Shown here: positions 8,237-9,465 of the stretch, piece after piece
Position numbering within the stretch: position 1 is the stretch's first letter
How the letters are laid out: each line of letters opens with the position of its first letter
Source: Fonticula alba ATCC 38817
Lineage: Eukaryota > Protista > Nucleariida
DNA: 9,465 nt
Assembly: GCA_000388065.2 (NCBI GenBank)
Contig: KB932204.1
Reading direction: 5' to 3' (one strand)
Made by a program: the position numbers and the translations under genes
Notes under the pieces: generated by a model
What the model saw: only the letters and a program-made list of their open reading frames with translations
What the model was told of the DNA's origin: nothing
Database searches by the model: none

Positions 8237-8283
<47 letters not shown>
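8237..8283. repeat. (AC)23 microsatellite
   Basis: Seen directly. Confidence 0.98.
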
Positions 8284-8285
<2 letters not shown>

Positions 8286-8813
8286 GCCAGCGGGCCCACG
8301 TTGTGGGCAAGAGGAGGGCCGGAGCCTCCCCGGCTGATGACATGAAGTGTCCAGCCACACACAGGCACCGGGAGAGAAGGGCAAAAGGAGGTGGATCCGA
8401 AGAGAACCCAGGGGGAGTACATGACCAGCAGCCGACATGGACCAGTCTCGCACTTTGCCCCGACGCGCGCAACACACATGACAGGAGAGGGACACACAAC
8501 ACGCGAGACACAAGGGCACACATATATATATGCAGATGAACTTTGGTATTAAGATACAGGGGCAGCACAGGCGGCGCGACGCGCGGCGACACAGGTCCAT
8601 CGGGCCGCCGAAAAAAACACAATAGGTGGGAGGCACACGCGAATGTATCGGGGGGGGGGGGAGAGGCGCAGACGTCCCCAGGCCAAGTGACCTTGGACTC
8701 CCTCTCCTGCACAGGAGCCGAAAAGAGACCGGAGGAACAAGAGCAGGACGGGGAGACACACACCCACGGGAGAGGGACGACGCGTTCCCCCCCCCTTCCT
8801 CCCTCCCTCCCGG

Positions 8814-8832
8814 GAGAGAGAGAGAGAGAGAG
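8814..8832. repeat. (GA)9 microsatellite preceded by a C/T-rich tract
   Basis: Seen directly. Confidence 0.95.
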
Positions 8833-8930
8833 CAGACAGACGACGTGGGGTGGACACACATGCGTGCGCGCGACACGGCGGTCACGCGCGCCACAGAAGG
8901 ATCTTCACATGTTCCGACGAGCGCACGCGC

Positions 8931-9430
8931 TTAGATGGCACCGCAGTTGTCGATGGTGATCTTGGCGGAGGTGCGGCCGGAGCTGGAGCCGAGGGACTCG
9001 ACCTTCTGGACGACGTCCATACCCTCGACGACGGAGCCGAAGACGGTGTGCTTGCCATCGAGCCAGCTGGTGACAACGGTGGTGATGAAGAACTGAGAGC
9101 CGTTGGTGTTGCGGCCGGCGTTGGCCATGGACAGAAGGCCGGGGCGGTCGTGGGCCAGCTTGAAGTTCTCATCATCGAAGCGAGCACCGTAGATGGACTT
9201 GCCACCGGTGCCGTTGTGGTTGGTGAAGTCACCACCCTGGAGCATGAAGCCGGGGATCACACGGTGGAAGCTGCTGCCCTTGAAAGCGGGCTTGCCGGGG
9301 CCGAAGATGGTGCCAGCCTCGCCGGTGCAGAGCTCGTAGAAGTTCTTGCAGGTGATGGGGCAGACATCGAAGCGGAGCTCCATGACAATGCGGCCGAGGG
9401 GGGAGCCGTTGGCGCTGACGTCGAAGAAGA
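8931..9430 (-). CDS. Cyclophilin-type peptidyl-prolyl cis-trans isomerase (CypA-like), last exon; the first exon lies outside the window
   Basis: Reads (V)[18 protein letters not shown]...[15 protein letters not shown]...[17 protein letters not shown]...[10 protein letters not shown]...CGAI-stop. The Arg, Phe, Gln, Trp and His active-site residues are present. The exon opens after the acceptor CGCAG with a phase 1 remainder (TC). Confidence 0.97.
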
Positions 9431-9465
9431 CTGCGGGCGGGGCGCGGCACGAGGTGAGCGGCGGG
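9431..9465 (-). other. 3' end of the cyclophilin intron
   Basis: The minus strand reads CCCGCCGCTCACCTCGTGCCGCGCCCCGCCCGCAG, with branch CTCAC at 9458-9454 and the AG ending at 9431. Confidence 0.85.

Noticed and set aside
8521-8532. CATATATATATG palindrome as a possible 3'-end processing element
   Set aside because: It is self-complementary simply because it is an (AT)n repeat. It is plausible as an AU-rich element, but there are no poly(A) site data.
8683-8717. Two small hairpins (CCAAG-TGAC-CTTGG and CTCCTG-CA-CAGGAG)
   Set aside because: Stems of 5-6 bp are expected by chance. There are no tRNA, snRNA or snoRNA signature motifs nearby.
7619-8959. ORFs of 65-270 aa in the intergenic spacer
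   Set aside because: They are driven by microsatellites (CVCVCV, THTHTH), lack codon bias and overlap on both strands.
9381-9383. ATG 9383 as the cyclophilin start
   Set aside because: The conserved FFDV...GRIV sequence continues upstream to a splice acceptor at 9431, so the true start is in an exon outside the window.
5930-9430. Functional linkage between ATG4 and the cyclophilin
   Set aside because: Tail-to-tail adjacency in a eukaryotic genome is not evidence of a shared pathway.
1-9465. CRISPR arrays, transposons, rRNA or tRNA genes
   Set aside because: No spaced direct repeats, terminal repeats, transposase or RT motifs, or RNA-gene signatures were seen. All repeats are simple sequence repeats.

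Overview
GC-rich, intron-containing eukaryotic DNA, not prokaryotic. The intron style (GTRYGY donors, CTRAC branch points, poly-C tracts, CAG acceptors) and the homopolymer-rich proteins suggest a protist such as Fonticula; that assignment is inference only. The window holds two convergent genes. (1) On the + strand, the ORFs at 37, 45, 2259, 4322 and 4652 can be joined by phase-compatible GT-AG introns into one 5'-truncated gene (<1..7597, about 2,200 aa in the window). It ends in a catalytically intact ATG4-family (peptidase C54) cysteine protease domain, preceded by a PH-like domain, LIR/FFAT-like motifs and more than 1,000 aa of unassigned sequence. The link from 2257 to 7597 is gap-free and well supported. 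The link to the first three exons crosses a 177-N assembly gap and is less certain. (2) On the - strand is a cyclophilin (PPIase) whose first exon lies beyond the window end. Between the genes is a 1.3-kb microsatellite-rich spacer. The main novelty candidate is the giant PH-ATG4 fusion protein.
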